NCBI RefSeq assembly: GCF_001194135.2
Contig: NC_068988.1
Location: 70,752,031 to 70,816,030, forward strand
Direction of reading: 5' to 3'
DNA length: 64,000 bases
From: Octopus bimaculoides
Taxonomy: Eukaryota
Part shown: in pieces, positions 53,086-64,000 of the stretch
How the letters are laid out: every line of letters starts with the position of its first letter
How positions within the stretch are numbered: the first letter of the stretch is position 1
The notes under the pieces: model-generated
The model's input: the letters and a program-made list of their open reading frames with translations, nothing else
Database searches by the model: none
What the model was told of the DNA's origin: nothing
Position numbers and translations under genes: made by a program

Positions 53086-54396
53086 GCTGCTATGCTAGCT
53101 TTCCTCTATCTCTCTGTATTACTCAATTTCTCTTTCTCCAGATCTTCCGTCAACATAATTTGCTCGCCTACAATTTTGCAGATTAATGATAAGATTGTTA
53201 TTTCTTCATCCTTACGACATCAATTATTTTTGCTGAATTCAGTTAATTTACTTGTTAAGTGTACTATTCTTACAACACATATTTAGGCAGATTCATAGGA
53301 ATACATTGAATAATGATCTATTTGTCCAAAACAGTTTAGTATCTAAAAGAAATTAATACAAAAAAAAATTACAACAGCCATGTTTTCAGATTACTCAGAA
53401 TTTGTGTAAATTGTGTAAGTTGTGTAAACTTACAAATTATATCCACAAACTAAGCAATTTGGATCACGAAACCAGCCATCGATTTTCTGTTTTAATTTCA
53501 CTCGTGTAATTTAAAGTCTTCACACCTCTAAATTTTAACTTCAAAGTACTATTCTTTTAAAATCTAAATTACTATTTACAGCAGTCTAAAATACTTTTAG
53601 AATGTTTATAAGTATCTTTCGACAGTATCTGTGCATAAGTAAAAGTTTAGTCGTCGGTTAGGAAGAACGTTTAATTTTTCAATCACCTGAAAACCAATTC
53701 ATTTAATTCGCGTAGAAGTGCCTGAATATTCCACGTACATGCGCATTCTTATTGTACTTTTTTGACAGAATAAAAGGGACACAGTGTGAGAAGGGTGGAG
53801 TTTGAATTGCAGGTACAATTCTTACGAAGGACTTCTGCAAAAATTCCGTCTACCGAATTCCTTCCCACGATTGGGATCGGCCCGAGTTACAGCAAATGTT
53901 TCTTGCCCAAATGATTGCAAGTGGATATGTAAACATTCGGCCATACTAAGTCCATAAGTAATTTTTCTGCTGACACGCCTGCGTCAAATATGTTTCCTGG
54001 TGAGTCTAACCAAGTATCTAGTTTTACTTTACGCACTTTACTAATAAAGTTCAAAAGCAAATAAATACAAAATTTCTATTTCTCATTAAAATATTTCACC
54101 AAGTATCTACAAGATCAACAGTTGTGAAACTTAAAACGATTATTTTGTATTTGGATTGCAAGATACTTGATGTGAACTTATGCGTTAAAATAGATCTTTG
54201 TGTATCTCGAGAAGGTCATTATGCCAATAATAATCGCACGCACTGATTCTGTTTTACTTCTTTTCTTATTATTAGTCAACACTTTACCCATTTAACTGAT
54301 TAATTAATCGATTAACTGTCCCGCCAAACAATAACTTAGCTAAGTTCATCAGTATCCTTTCCTCTCTATTTGCCAACGAGTCAATGACTAATAATA

Positions 54397-54753
54397 ATAA
54401 TAATAATTATTATTATTATTATTATTATCATTATTATTATTATTATTTTATGTTTGACTTTTATTTTGCATTTGTACAAGTTGGATCCAAGTCTCACCCA
54501 GAGACCTCAAGAGACAACAAGTTAGAAGTTCATGTAGGTGTTATGCCTAGGGTACCATATATTTGGATTTGTACAGTTTTGTTCAAGTGAATGTTTAAGA
54601 AACCATAAGAAAATTATGTGTTTGCTTTAAAATTTGAGATCACATAGACAGTATTTTACGTAGGAGATGGGCAAGTTCCCATGAGCATTATCTTTTGAAC
54701 TTCAGCCATTTTGGGGTTTCCTGGAATCTGATCTAGGTAGTAATCAGCCCGTT
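54397..54753 (-). mobile_element. 3' end of R4/Dong-like LINE with (TAA)n tail
   Basis: Minus QIPGNPKMAEVQKIMLMGT then 3' UTR and TAA repeats; 5' part in a gap followed by (TTA)n. Confidence 0.8.
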
Positions 54754-55503
54754 NNNNNNNNNNNNNNNNNNNNNNNNNNNNNNNNNNNNNNNNNNNNNNN
54801 NNNNNNNNNNNNNNNNNNNNNNNNNNNNNNNNNNNNNNNNNNNNNNNNNNNNNNNNNNNNNNNNNNNNNNNNNNNNNNNNNNNNNNNNNNNNNNNNNNNN
54901 NNNNNNNNNNNNNNNNNNNNNNNNNNNNNNNNNNNNNNNNNNNNNNNNNNNNNNNNNNNNNNNNNNNNNNNNNNNNNNNNNNNNNNNNNNNNNNNNNNNN
55001 NNNNNNNNNNNNNNNNNNNNNNNNNNNNNNNNNNNNNNNNNNNNNNNNNNNNNNNNNNNNNNNNNNNNNNNNNNNNNNNNNNNNNNNNNNNNNNNNNNNN
55101 NNNNNNNNNNNNNNNNNNNNNNNNNNNNNNNNNNNNNNNNNNNNNNNNNNNNNNNNNNNNNNNNNNNNNNNNNNNNNNNNNNNNNNNNNNNNNNNNNNNN
55201 NNNNNNNNNNNNNNNNNNNNNNNNNNNNNNNNNNNNNNNNNNNNNNNNNNNNNNNNNNNNNNNNNNNNNNNNNNNNNNNNNNNNNNNNNNNNNNNNNNNN
55301 NNNNNNNNNNNNNNNNNNNNNNNNNNNNNNNNNNNNNNNNNNNNNNNNNNNNNNNNNNNNNNNNNNNNNNNNNNNNNNNNNNNNNNNNNNNNNNNNNNNN
55401 NNNNNNNNNNNNNNNNNNNNNNNNNNNNNNNNNNNNNNNNNNNNNNNNNNNNNNNNNNNNNNNNNNNNNNNNNNNNNNNNNNNNNNNNNNNNNNNNNNNN
55501 NNN

Positions 55504-55588
<85 letters not shown>

Positions 55589-55638
55589 GATAACAACAAC
55601 GACGACGACGACGACGACGACGATGATGATGATCATGT

Positions 55639-55684
<46 letters not shown>

Positions 55685-55694
55685 ACTTTCTACT

Positions 55695-55851
55695 ATAATG
55701 AAAAGGCCTAAAATTTGATGGGAGAGGACCAGACGATTATATCGACCCCAGTGCGTAAATGGTGCTTAATTTATCAGCCCCGAAAGGATGAAAGACAAAG
55801 TTGACCACGGCGGAATTTGAACTCAGAACATAGCGGCAGACGAAATACTGC

Positions 55852-55852
<1 letters not shown>
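55695..55852 (-). mobile_element. SINE family B
   Basis: ATCGACCCCAGTGC...CCCGAAAGGATGAAAG...GGAATTTGAACTCAGAAC. Confidence 0.8.
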
Positions 55853-55912
<60 letters not shown>

Positions 55913-55914
55913 CA

Positions 55915-56436
55915 GGAGAAGAAGAAGGGGAGGAAGAGGATTCTAACCAAAAAGAAGTGAGGAAACTACCTAAGTACAAAGACTTGAAATTAAAGTATTC
56001 AAAATGTGACAACAATGCCAGTAACAATTGGAGCGTTAGGTGTGATAAAAAAAAATATGAACTAAAACGTAAAGACTATACCTGTACCCTCAACAGTACA
56101 CACTATCCAAATAAATTACCCAGTTAGGAACAGTCCACACCCTACGCAAAACACTATCAATTCAATAATACAACCCAAACATAACAATCCACAAACACAA
56201 GTCACATTATGTACAGTACAAATCTAATAAAATAAACAACCACAACATCTACTCTACAGACCGGTCAGCATAACACAGCAAACTCACGCAATATAATACC
56301 AGGAAGAGTTTCTACTCCTCCAGCGACAAAAAAAAAAACAAACAATGCTTGCATACAGCCCCAACAACACGGAGGTGTAGCAAGTGATGCAGGAGAAATC
56401 TGCCTGAAACTATCAAATGCTGAATAATATTCACTC
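55915..56436 (+). mobile_element. 3' end of R4/Dong-like LINE flanked by (TAA)n on both sides
   Basis: KYKDL, MPVTIGALGVIKK, LGTVHTLRKTLSIQ; (TAA)n at 55852-55912 and 56437-56519. Confidence 0.8.
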
Positions 56437-56438
56437 AT

Positions 56439-56519
<81 letters not shown>

Positions 56520-56522
56520 TAG

Positions 56523-56804
56523 AATTAGAATTATAAAGAAAGTGACAGCGTAATTTTGGAGAGATAGACACTAGAAGTTTTAATTTTGTTGCATCTTGGA
56601 GAGTCATTATGCCAATAACAAACGCATGCATTGGTTCTATTTCAATTCTTTTAGTAATACTAATAATATTACTAAAAGAATTGAAATAGAACAAGTATAC
56701 ATGATTGCTATTGGCGTAATAACCCTCTAAGACGCAACTGAGTTAAGATTTCTAGTGTCTGTCTTTCCAAAATTACGATACCACTTTTTTTTATAATTCT
56801 AATT
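56523..56804. repeat. 282-bp foldback (imperfect palindrome)
   Basis: Arms 56523-56659 / 56667-56804, 7-nt loop, perfect inner 26 bp; diverged partial copy near 54200-54265. Confidence 0.9.
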
Positions 56805-58146
56805 TATATGCTTTGACATATTTATAACATAATTCTCTTCTTGAACTGCTGTTTAAAAGTGTTCTCTTTAATAAAGAGTATACGAAAATTTAGTTACACA
56901 CAATCTAGTTATTTTGAAAAAGCATAACTTTTTGACATTTGTTTCAGTTGCTTCTAATGTAATTAACTACATCTCTGTACTGATATTCACTGTTCTTTCG
57001 TTCTTTACTATTTTTCTAATTAACATTAACATGTTTATTGTTAATCATTAATATTGTGTGCCATATCTCGCCAGTATGAACAAAATAATTACCTGTCGTT
57101 GCCAGAAGGAGAGGAAATATCTAATGTACTTTCTACTACAATGTTCGTAAAACTTTAATAATTGTTAATCAGCTTATTTCCCTCCACAATAGGTTCGTCT
57201 GTATCTTCCTATATATCTTTCTAGCTCCTTCTGTTTCTGTTTCTGTTTATGCTTCCACTTTCTCCTTCTGCTTCTGATTCTATACCTCCATACAGTTATC
57301 TATCTATTTATCTATTTATTTATCCATCTAAAAGTGTTGCACTTCTTCGCCACAGCTTGCTATGAATCTTCCAAAGCATCTTGCTCAAAGGTGACCTAGT
57401 GGTGGTTTAACTGTTTCCTCGTCTGTTTTAGTGCTGTGTGACCGTTTATACGAAGTGAGAGATTTGAAAATACTTTCCAATAAATAAAAACATAAAAATT
57501 AGCGGCTCCAAAAATTAAAGTTTACCGAAATTTTTTTAATTTGATACAATAACACGCTTGACCAAACTGAATTGCTGGAGTTATTTCATTTTTTTCCAGC
57601 AAAATGTTTTTAAAAAGTTACAGAGGTTTAAAATTTGATCCTTTTCACCCAGTCAGGAAACAGGATTTGGAAGCTGCCATTTTATGCGTGACTGCACATT
57701 TTGACGTCAATATCCTGAAAATAGCAGTGTTGTCAATATTTGTTCTGAACACGTGTTATGTCTCCAGGAATTTTCTTTCATGTAAATAAATCTTATTTAA
57801 CTGCTATTTTTAGCACATCTCACAACCACCAGTGGTTAATGCAAATGTGATAAAGAATATGTTACATGCGATAAACACATTACAATTTTTAACAGAAAGA
57901 TTTACAAGAATTCGATGAAAGTTATCCGGTAATTTTCTTTCATGTAAATAAATGTTTATGTTGATTTAAAAGAGAAAAACAGTTAATTTAAAATCCCTGA
58001 GCGAGATATTGGCAAATAAACTTTAATTAAAAAGATTCATCCAAAAAAAACTTATTTAGCTGTTATTTTTAGCACACCTCCCAACCACCTCAATGCTCAA
58101 TACCAAAAAGAAACAAACACTAAAGAAGCAATTTAAATATGTTTAA

Positions 58147-58474
58147 TTACAATCTAACTATGCTTACAAAACAAACATTTAACTTTCGGTTTAAATTTTT
58201 AAAATATCCTCCTATTTTCAATGTTTCCATAATAGAAGCGAAGTTACTGGAACTTGCTGCCATAATCACACAGAACACAGAACACAGCATCAAATTTGTC
58301 AACACGTGCTTCCTCGCAGATAAATGACCTTTCAAAGACTGCTCGGATTCGCTTCTTACTATGGCAACAGGCACGTTGTGAGACAAAAGATTTCTCATGT
58401 TCCGCTTCTAACAATCGAAGCAGCCATGAATGTGTCTGTGGCTTACACTTGGCTAAAATTACCAAAATTTTCAA
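58147..58474 (-). pseudogene. Possible Chapaev/CMC-like transposase N-terminal remnant
   Basis: HEKSFVSQRACCH...FICEEARVDKFDAVFC loosely resembles the QDKSWAPHxCC...WREPxNHxDDCYFC zinc-finger region; judged by eye only. Confidence 0.3.
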
Positions 58475-58939
58475 ACTTTAATTACTGATAACTCCTTATA
58501 TATATTGATTTATAGCGAAAATTACTGTCATTAATTAGCCTATAAAAGTGTATGAGTACACTGAATATAAAATCAATTCGAACAGAAACTGACGCTGGGA
58601 GGCGCTGGCAACCAAACAGAAAGGATCCACAAAATGTAATAACAACGCTAGTGAGAACACTTCCAGCTCCACCACCAGTGGCAACAGCAAACCCACCACC
58701 ACCGACATTACTAACGAAACAAAAACAAGAACAAGGAAAACGAATCATGCAAATCGGCTGTTGGCGGTTTCGCCGACGTGACACGGCAAGTTTATAAATG
58801 GAAATTAATTTAAAAGACCAAAATATAGGTGACATATTACACTGAATGACCCTAGATCAGTCCAGAAAGGAATTAATTTGCGGATAGTTCTATATAAAAC
58901 AATTAGAACAAAAAGTAGAAGAAAGAAACGGACAACACA

Positions 58940-60240
58940 ATAGCAGATGGAAAATGTCTGCGACTAATTTGGAAAAGCGTAGCTTATATAGCCTGGGGAA
59001 CAAATATGGAATTGTGAGATTCACTTTAGATGAAAAGACGAAAAGTCACTCAACAACGACTCTAACGAGTGACGAATCCTCCCCACCCCATTTACCTTGG
59101 CCGAAGGGTGGTGTCTAAAATAAGAATATTAAATATACCACCAGAAATCAGCATTTACTGGTTGGTCACAGCTGTTCTGTTTGACATAAAAGATTCTCTG
59201 CTGATACAGAGAATACAGAAGCAGAACTGGTTAGAACAGTGTACGTAGTTCTTAAAACAAGCAGATTATCAAGTGTCAAGGCCATTCTGGTTTTCAGAAC
59301 CCTAGCAGATAGCACAAAGCTTCACGTGGCTGTTGGGAACACAGAAAGTAGAGCTATCCTCTGTGCGGGGACATAAACCATCTCAAAGTATTTTGCCCAC
59401 AGCTAAGGAAACCATCACTGCTGCTGACACTTCACCCCCATCAACACCACCACCACCACAAAAACAACAACGACAAAACCAGCAACGTTAGCAGCAACAG
59501 AATCAGGTGGCCACAACATCATCAACAAGAGGAAACTAACAGCTGCAAAAACAGCAGCAACAACAATTACTGCAACGTCCATAGCAGCAGCAGTTACACC
59601 CACCACCAACAACAACAGCAACAGTATCAAAAACCCACAAAACATCAACAGCTACGTCAAGAAAACACCAAAGATCTCCTCAAGACATACCCCTCCCTCT
59701 TTGAGACGATCACAGATCACCTGTATTGAAGGAGTGGTGAAGAGCCTAAATGGCAAACGGTTAGCAGGGCCAACAAAAGAAACAGGAGCAATAATAAATA
59801 CATCAACACAAAAAACTGGCAGATACGAACAAATGTGGGAGATGTCTTTGAGTGATAATGCTCACGATACTTGACCCTGAGCAGATGTGTGTGGCACCCA
59901 ACTGTATGGGACGAGTTGCAGTCCGGCATACATATGGATAGACTTCAGTGTCTAACTCGACAGCAAGCCACGACTCTCGGCAAGGCGGTGGATGGGGTGT
60001 TGCGAATTGCCGATAACAACCGTGAAAATACGGAATGCGATGCTGGGGAGCAAATCGCCTGGTTTTGCTGATGCGCCATACGAAATTTACTTTTATATGA
60101 TAAACTTGTTTGGCTGCATTTTAGCAGATATATACCGCAACTGACAGAAGTACGGGAGAATTCGTTGTTCTTTGAGTTCAGGAGCGGTAGAACTGCTGAG
60201 AATGGAAGCAAACAAGGAAGAGCAAATAGAAAATTTTAGG
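58940..60240 (+). mobile_element. Tx1/L1-like remnant: ORF1 plus start of APE endonuclease
   Basis: YLGRRVVSKIRILNIPPEISIYWL...QKQNW matches 23570-23710; Thr-rich linker; KWQTVSR; then GGGWGVA and FYMINLF APE-like motifs across frameshifts. Confidence 0.6.
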
Positions 60241-60505
60241 TCCTACTGGAGCTGAAAAATTGATGTAACCATGATAATTTGTCAATCTGATGAGCTAGTC
60301 TTCTATATCTGTATTGATTTGTAATATGCAATTTACAGCATAGTTACTAGAGCAGTCATGTAAGATAATTTATTATACACTAAAGTTAATTAATTTTACA
60401 GTATATTGGCTGCGAAACGGCCGTCAGCCTATAGATACCAACTGGTGAAATAATTATATTCATTACATGTCTTCTGATTATTTTTGTTCTATATTTGTGT
60501 GTGCT

Positions 60506-60598
<93 letters not shown>
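60506..60598 (+). repeat. (TG)n microsatellite
   Basis: Direct inspection; similar tracts at 25208-25262, 36641-36694 and 61417-61480. Confidence 0.97.
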
Positions 60599-60600
<2 letters not shown>

Positions 60601-61416
60601 CGTTCTTCCTCCGGCGACAAACTCACAAGGGTTTGAGCAGGTCGAGCAGTGGCTGTAGTAAGAGACAATTGCCAAAAATATGCCACACTGTGCGACAGTA
60701 TATGTGGGGGGGGTGGAGGTGTTTGTAAGATTAAAACTTTCATTTAACAGCACAAGTTTCATGTTTGAAGAAAGATATGAGGCTAAAATTTACCCTAATC
60801 GCAACTAAATTCCATTAAAATGGATGTATTGCAGTATATATATTCCACTGTGTGCGTGTATGTGAGTGGGTATGTATGTGCGTTTTTGCGCGTGCACGTG
60901 TGTGTCTGTGAGTTGTGTGCGTGAGAGGTGTGTGTGTGTGTATGTATTTATGGATGGATCTATGGATCGATGGATTCACTCGTAAAAATATACTGTAAAA
61001 AGTATAAGTTGTGAATTTCTACTTCGCATTTCTACTTCGAATTTGTTTTCCTTTTTCATTTACAGGACTTAATCTAAATTTACTAATTTGACAATAAATG
61101 CTAAAAACAGATTTTGAAATATTAAACGAAACATTTGGCCGAGTTAGTTTGGATGTCTTGAATAATAAAAGAAATATTTTTCAATTTCAGTAAACATTAT
61201 TCTCAATAAAAATAGATATTTCACATATTTAGTTTCCAAAGTCCTGACAAATTCATATTTTTGAAAGAAGCAAAACAGAAGAAATTTTTTTCGCACTGCC
61301 ACAAAATCTTTTGATATAGTTGTCTTCCTAGTTTTGTATAAGTAAATTATAAAATGTCGTTTGATATTAGAATTTTGAACATATATATTTGCACATGCAT
61401 AAACATATGCACATCT

Positions 61417-61483
<67 letters not shown>

Positions 61484-62194
61484 CTGTATGCATGTATGTA
61501 GATGGACAGTTGGTGACTCGAGTGTCCGTTTGTCGTAGTTTCATCGCCATGTAAATATATTTGTATGTATATATATATATATGCATCTATATTCATAAAT
61601 GCTTACAGAAAGATTATGTACATATATTTATAATTATGTACGTATATTAAAATTTACCTTAAACATGTGTCTGTGTATGTGCGTTCGAATAATAGTTTTC
61701 ATTGTCATTTCACCTGTCTCATTTTTTACTTTCACACACTACTTCCCAATTTTTATTACCTTTCCTACAAATTCGCATTGTCTATTTGTACAAAAAATAT
61801 ATCAACACTTGATGGAACGTATTTCTTTGACTATTCAAAAAACAATTTTTGCCTTTGTTAAAAATATTTTTCACGCATGAAACAATATTCTCTCACTGAT
61901 TCTCTCTCCCATTCTCCGAGTCCTCTCGTTCTCCATATGTGTCTATGAAAAAACACAACATTTACCCTCATCTATTATGCGTGTGTCTATCTGCATGTGT
62001 ATATGTGTACGTATTTGAAATTCATTCCATTATGCCTAGCCATGCACAAACAACTAGAACCATTACACATTTTATTTTCTATACAAAATTGTTTCGTGAA
62101 AATTTAATGTTTTTCATTCAATAATTTCTTTTCGTTTAATTACATATTTCTCTTTGATATTCCCATCCTTTTCGACTGCTTTTTATTAAACATA

Positions 62195-62226
<32 letters not shown>

Positions 62227-62275
62227 NNNNNNNNNNNNNNNNNNNNNNNNNNNNNNNNNNNNNNNNNNNNNNNNN

Positions 62276-63545
62276 ATAGGATGCGGTGAATAAATTGTCG
62301 CCTAAATTACGCGAAAATGAAAGTAACACTGACATCTCATTTTAAGACATATTCACCAAGATTACGTTAAAATGTCTGAAAAATACAAAAGAGTAAATTT
62401 ATTCTATGAAATCGGCATTGGCTTCAACCACGGTCTCCATGCGACTTCGGAATCTCCTGCAACTCTTCTGGACGATCTCTTTGTTTAAGTTGGTCAATGT
62501 CATAATCCTTGCCTTCAGTTCATTTTTGATGTTACAAGTTTTGTTGGTCTGCCGCTCAAATGCGCACCACACATAATAATAATCAAGGGGGTTGTAGTCT
62601 GGGAAGTCAGGTGGTCAGACGTTAGGGGTGATGTGGTGGCAGAAATTGTTTTACAGCCATGACTGGGTTCCCCTGGTTGTGTGGTATGGTGGAGAATCCT
62701 GTTGCCAAACATAGGGTCTTCCGGCAGTCACTCTCTTGATACAGGATATCACTACCTCCTCCAGGCACTTGATATAGGCCTCCGTGTTGAGTGTGAGGCC
62801 GTATGGAAAGTTTAATGGAGGCATTACATCGCCATGGTGTTGACTGGATCTTTTATTTTTATCACTCTTTGTACACTTTTTGGGGACACGGCAAGCCAAC
62901 GGTTGTTCTGAGTGTTCACCATCTGATCCTAGCAGATTTTTTTCTTGTCAGAGAAAAGCCAAAGCATGTTCGGTTGGAGGGGATGCCTGAGTTACTTCAA
63001 AAGCTTCGTAGCGCGGTCTTTTGTCTTGTTGTTGATGGCTTAGGATAAATATTGGCTCTTTTCTCATCTTCTATGAGGAATAGCGAATGTCTTCATGCAT
63101 CACCTGCCTGATAAGAAACTCAGACACTCCCATGTTCCTGGCGATAGAGCTGATTAACTTGGAAGGATCGTTGTCAATCATGGCTTGAATCTCACCAACA
63201 AATTCAGGTTTTTTTTTTTTATCAGAACGATCAGAATGAGTCTTTCGATCTGTTGTACTTTCGTAATCACCATTAGACTCATCCAACAGTTTCTGAATCC
63301 TCTGCACTGTCCTCAGATTGACACCTAAACACTGATATATTCGTATTGGAGCTTCCAGGACGAATGTCAAGCAGGACAGCAGGTTGTTTCCGACTTTCTG
63401 ACAGACTGAATTGCGTCACGGTGCTGTTTTTCACACAGATGATGTCCAACTCTACAATAGTGTGTAGTCTCAAAATCAAAAACAAACAATGAGCATGCAT
63501 GAAAGTACAAATATAAAAGGGAGACAAATTACCCATCAGACCCTG
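62276..63545 (-). mobile_element. DD37D (maT-like) DNA transposon, near full length, disrupted
   Basis: WQQD-37 aa-D (QQDSPPYH...PDYNPLDY) counted by hand with two in-frame stops; imperfect termini TAGGATGCGGTGAATAAATTGTC / GACAAATTACCCATCAGACCCTG-TA. Confidence 0.88.
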
Positions 63546-64000
63546 TATATACATACATATGTGCGTGTGCGTGTGTGTGTATTTACTTTAATAAATGCGG
63601 AAATGAATTTCTGTGTGTCAGTGTGCTACACTTACACACACTCTCTCCCACTCACTATTCAATTACATTCCTACTATTCCTCATGATGGGGTGAGGGTAA
63701 CAGCAGGCATAGAGACGGCGAGGGTGGTAGCGTAGACAGAGAGAGAGAGAGAGAGAAATAGGCACAAAGAAATTTAGGGAGAGTTGATGTTTTATTAAAA
63801 GTAATGGGAGTAATAATAAAGGGGAGAGAAAGAGTGGGTATGTGAGAGAAAGAGGGAAATGATGTACAACTTTTGTTTAATCATGCCTCCTTAACAGAAA
63901 TTCCAACAGGATTCTCCACAATACCACACTGAACACTATCATTTTTGTTTTATTTTATTTTTTGCTTTCTTTAATACACACACACACACACACACACACA

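Noticed and set aside
59850-60100. Possible macro (ADP-ribose) domain from GDVF...MGRVAV
   Set aside because: Better explained as a frameshifted APE endonuclease following a Tx1-like ORF1.

Overview
AT-rich eukaryotic scaffold with 11 assembly gaps, dense microsatellites and several tRNA-derived SINE families. Composition and repeat types suggest a cephalopod, probably Octopus (inference). No host protein-coding gene could be supported; most long ORFs in the track are gap or microsatellite artefacts. Recognisable coding content is decayed mobile elements: Penelope-like RT/GIY-YIG remnants, R4/Dong-like and HERO-like REL-endonuclease LINEs, Tx1/L1-like ORF1 remnants, a Tc1 (DD36E spacing) and two DD37D transposons, a non-autonomous Helitron and a hAT-type MITE. 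The most notable signal is a set of type I hammerhead ribozyme motifs at 2226-2287 (+), 4691-4735 (-), 41280-41325 (-) and 43265-43309 (+), plus two degenerate candidates. They sit in short non-coding elements, two of the three families showing direct and/or inverted partial duplications, as expected of Penelope-mobilised retrozyme-like RNAs. All folds and alignments were done by eye.
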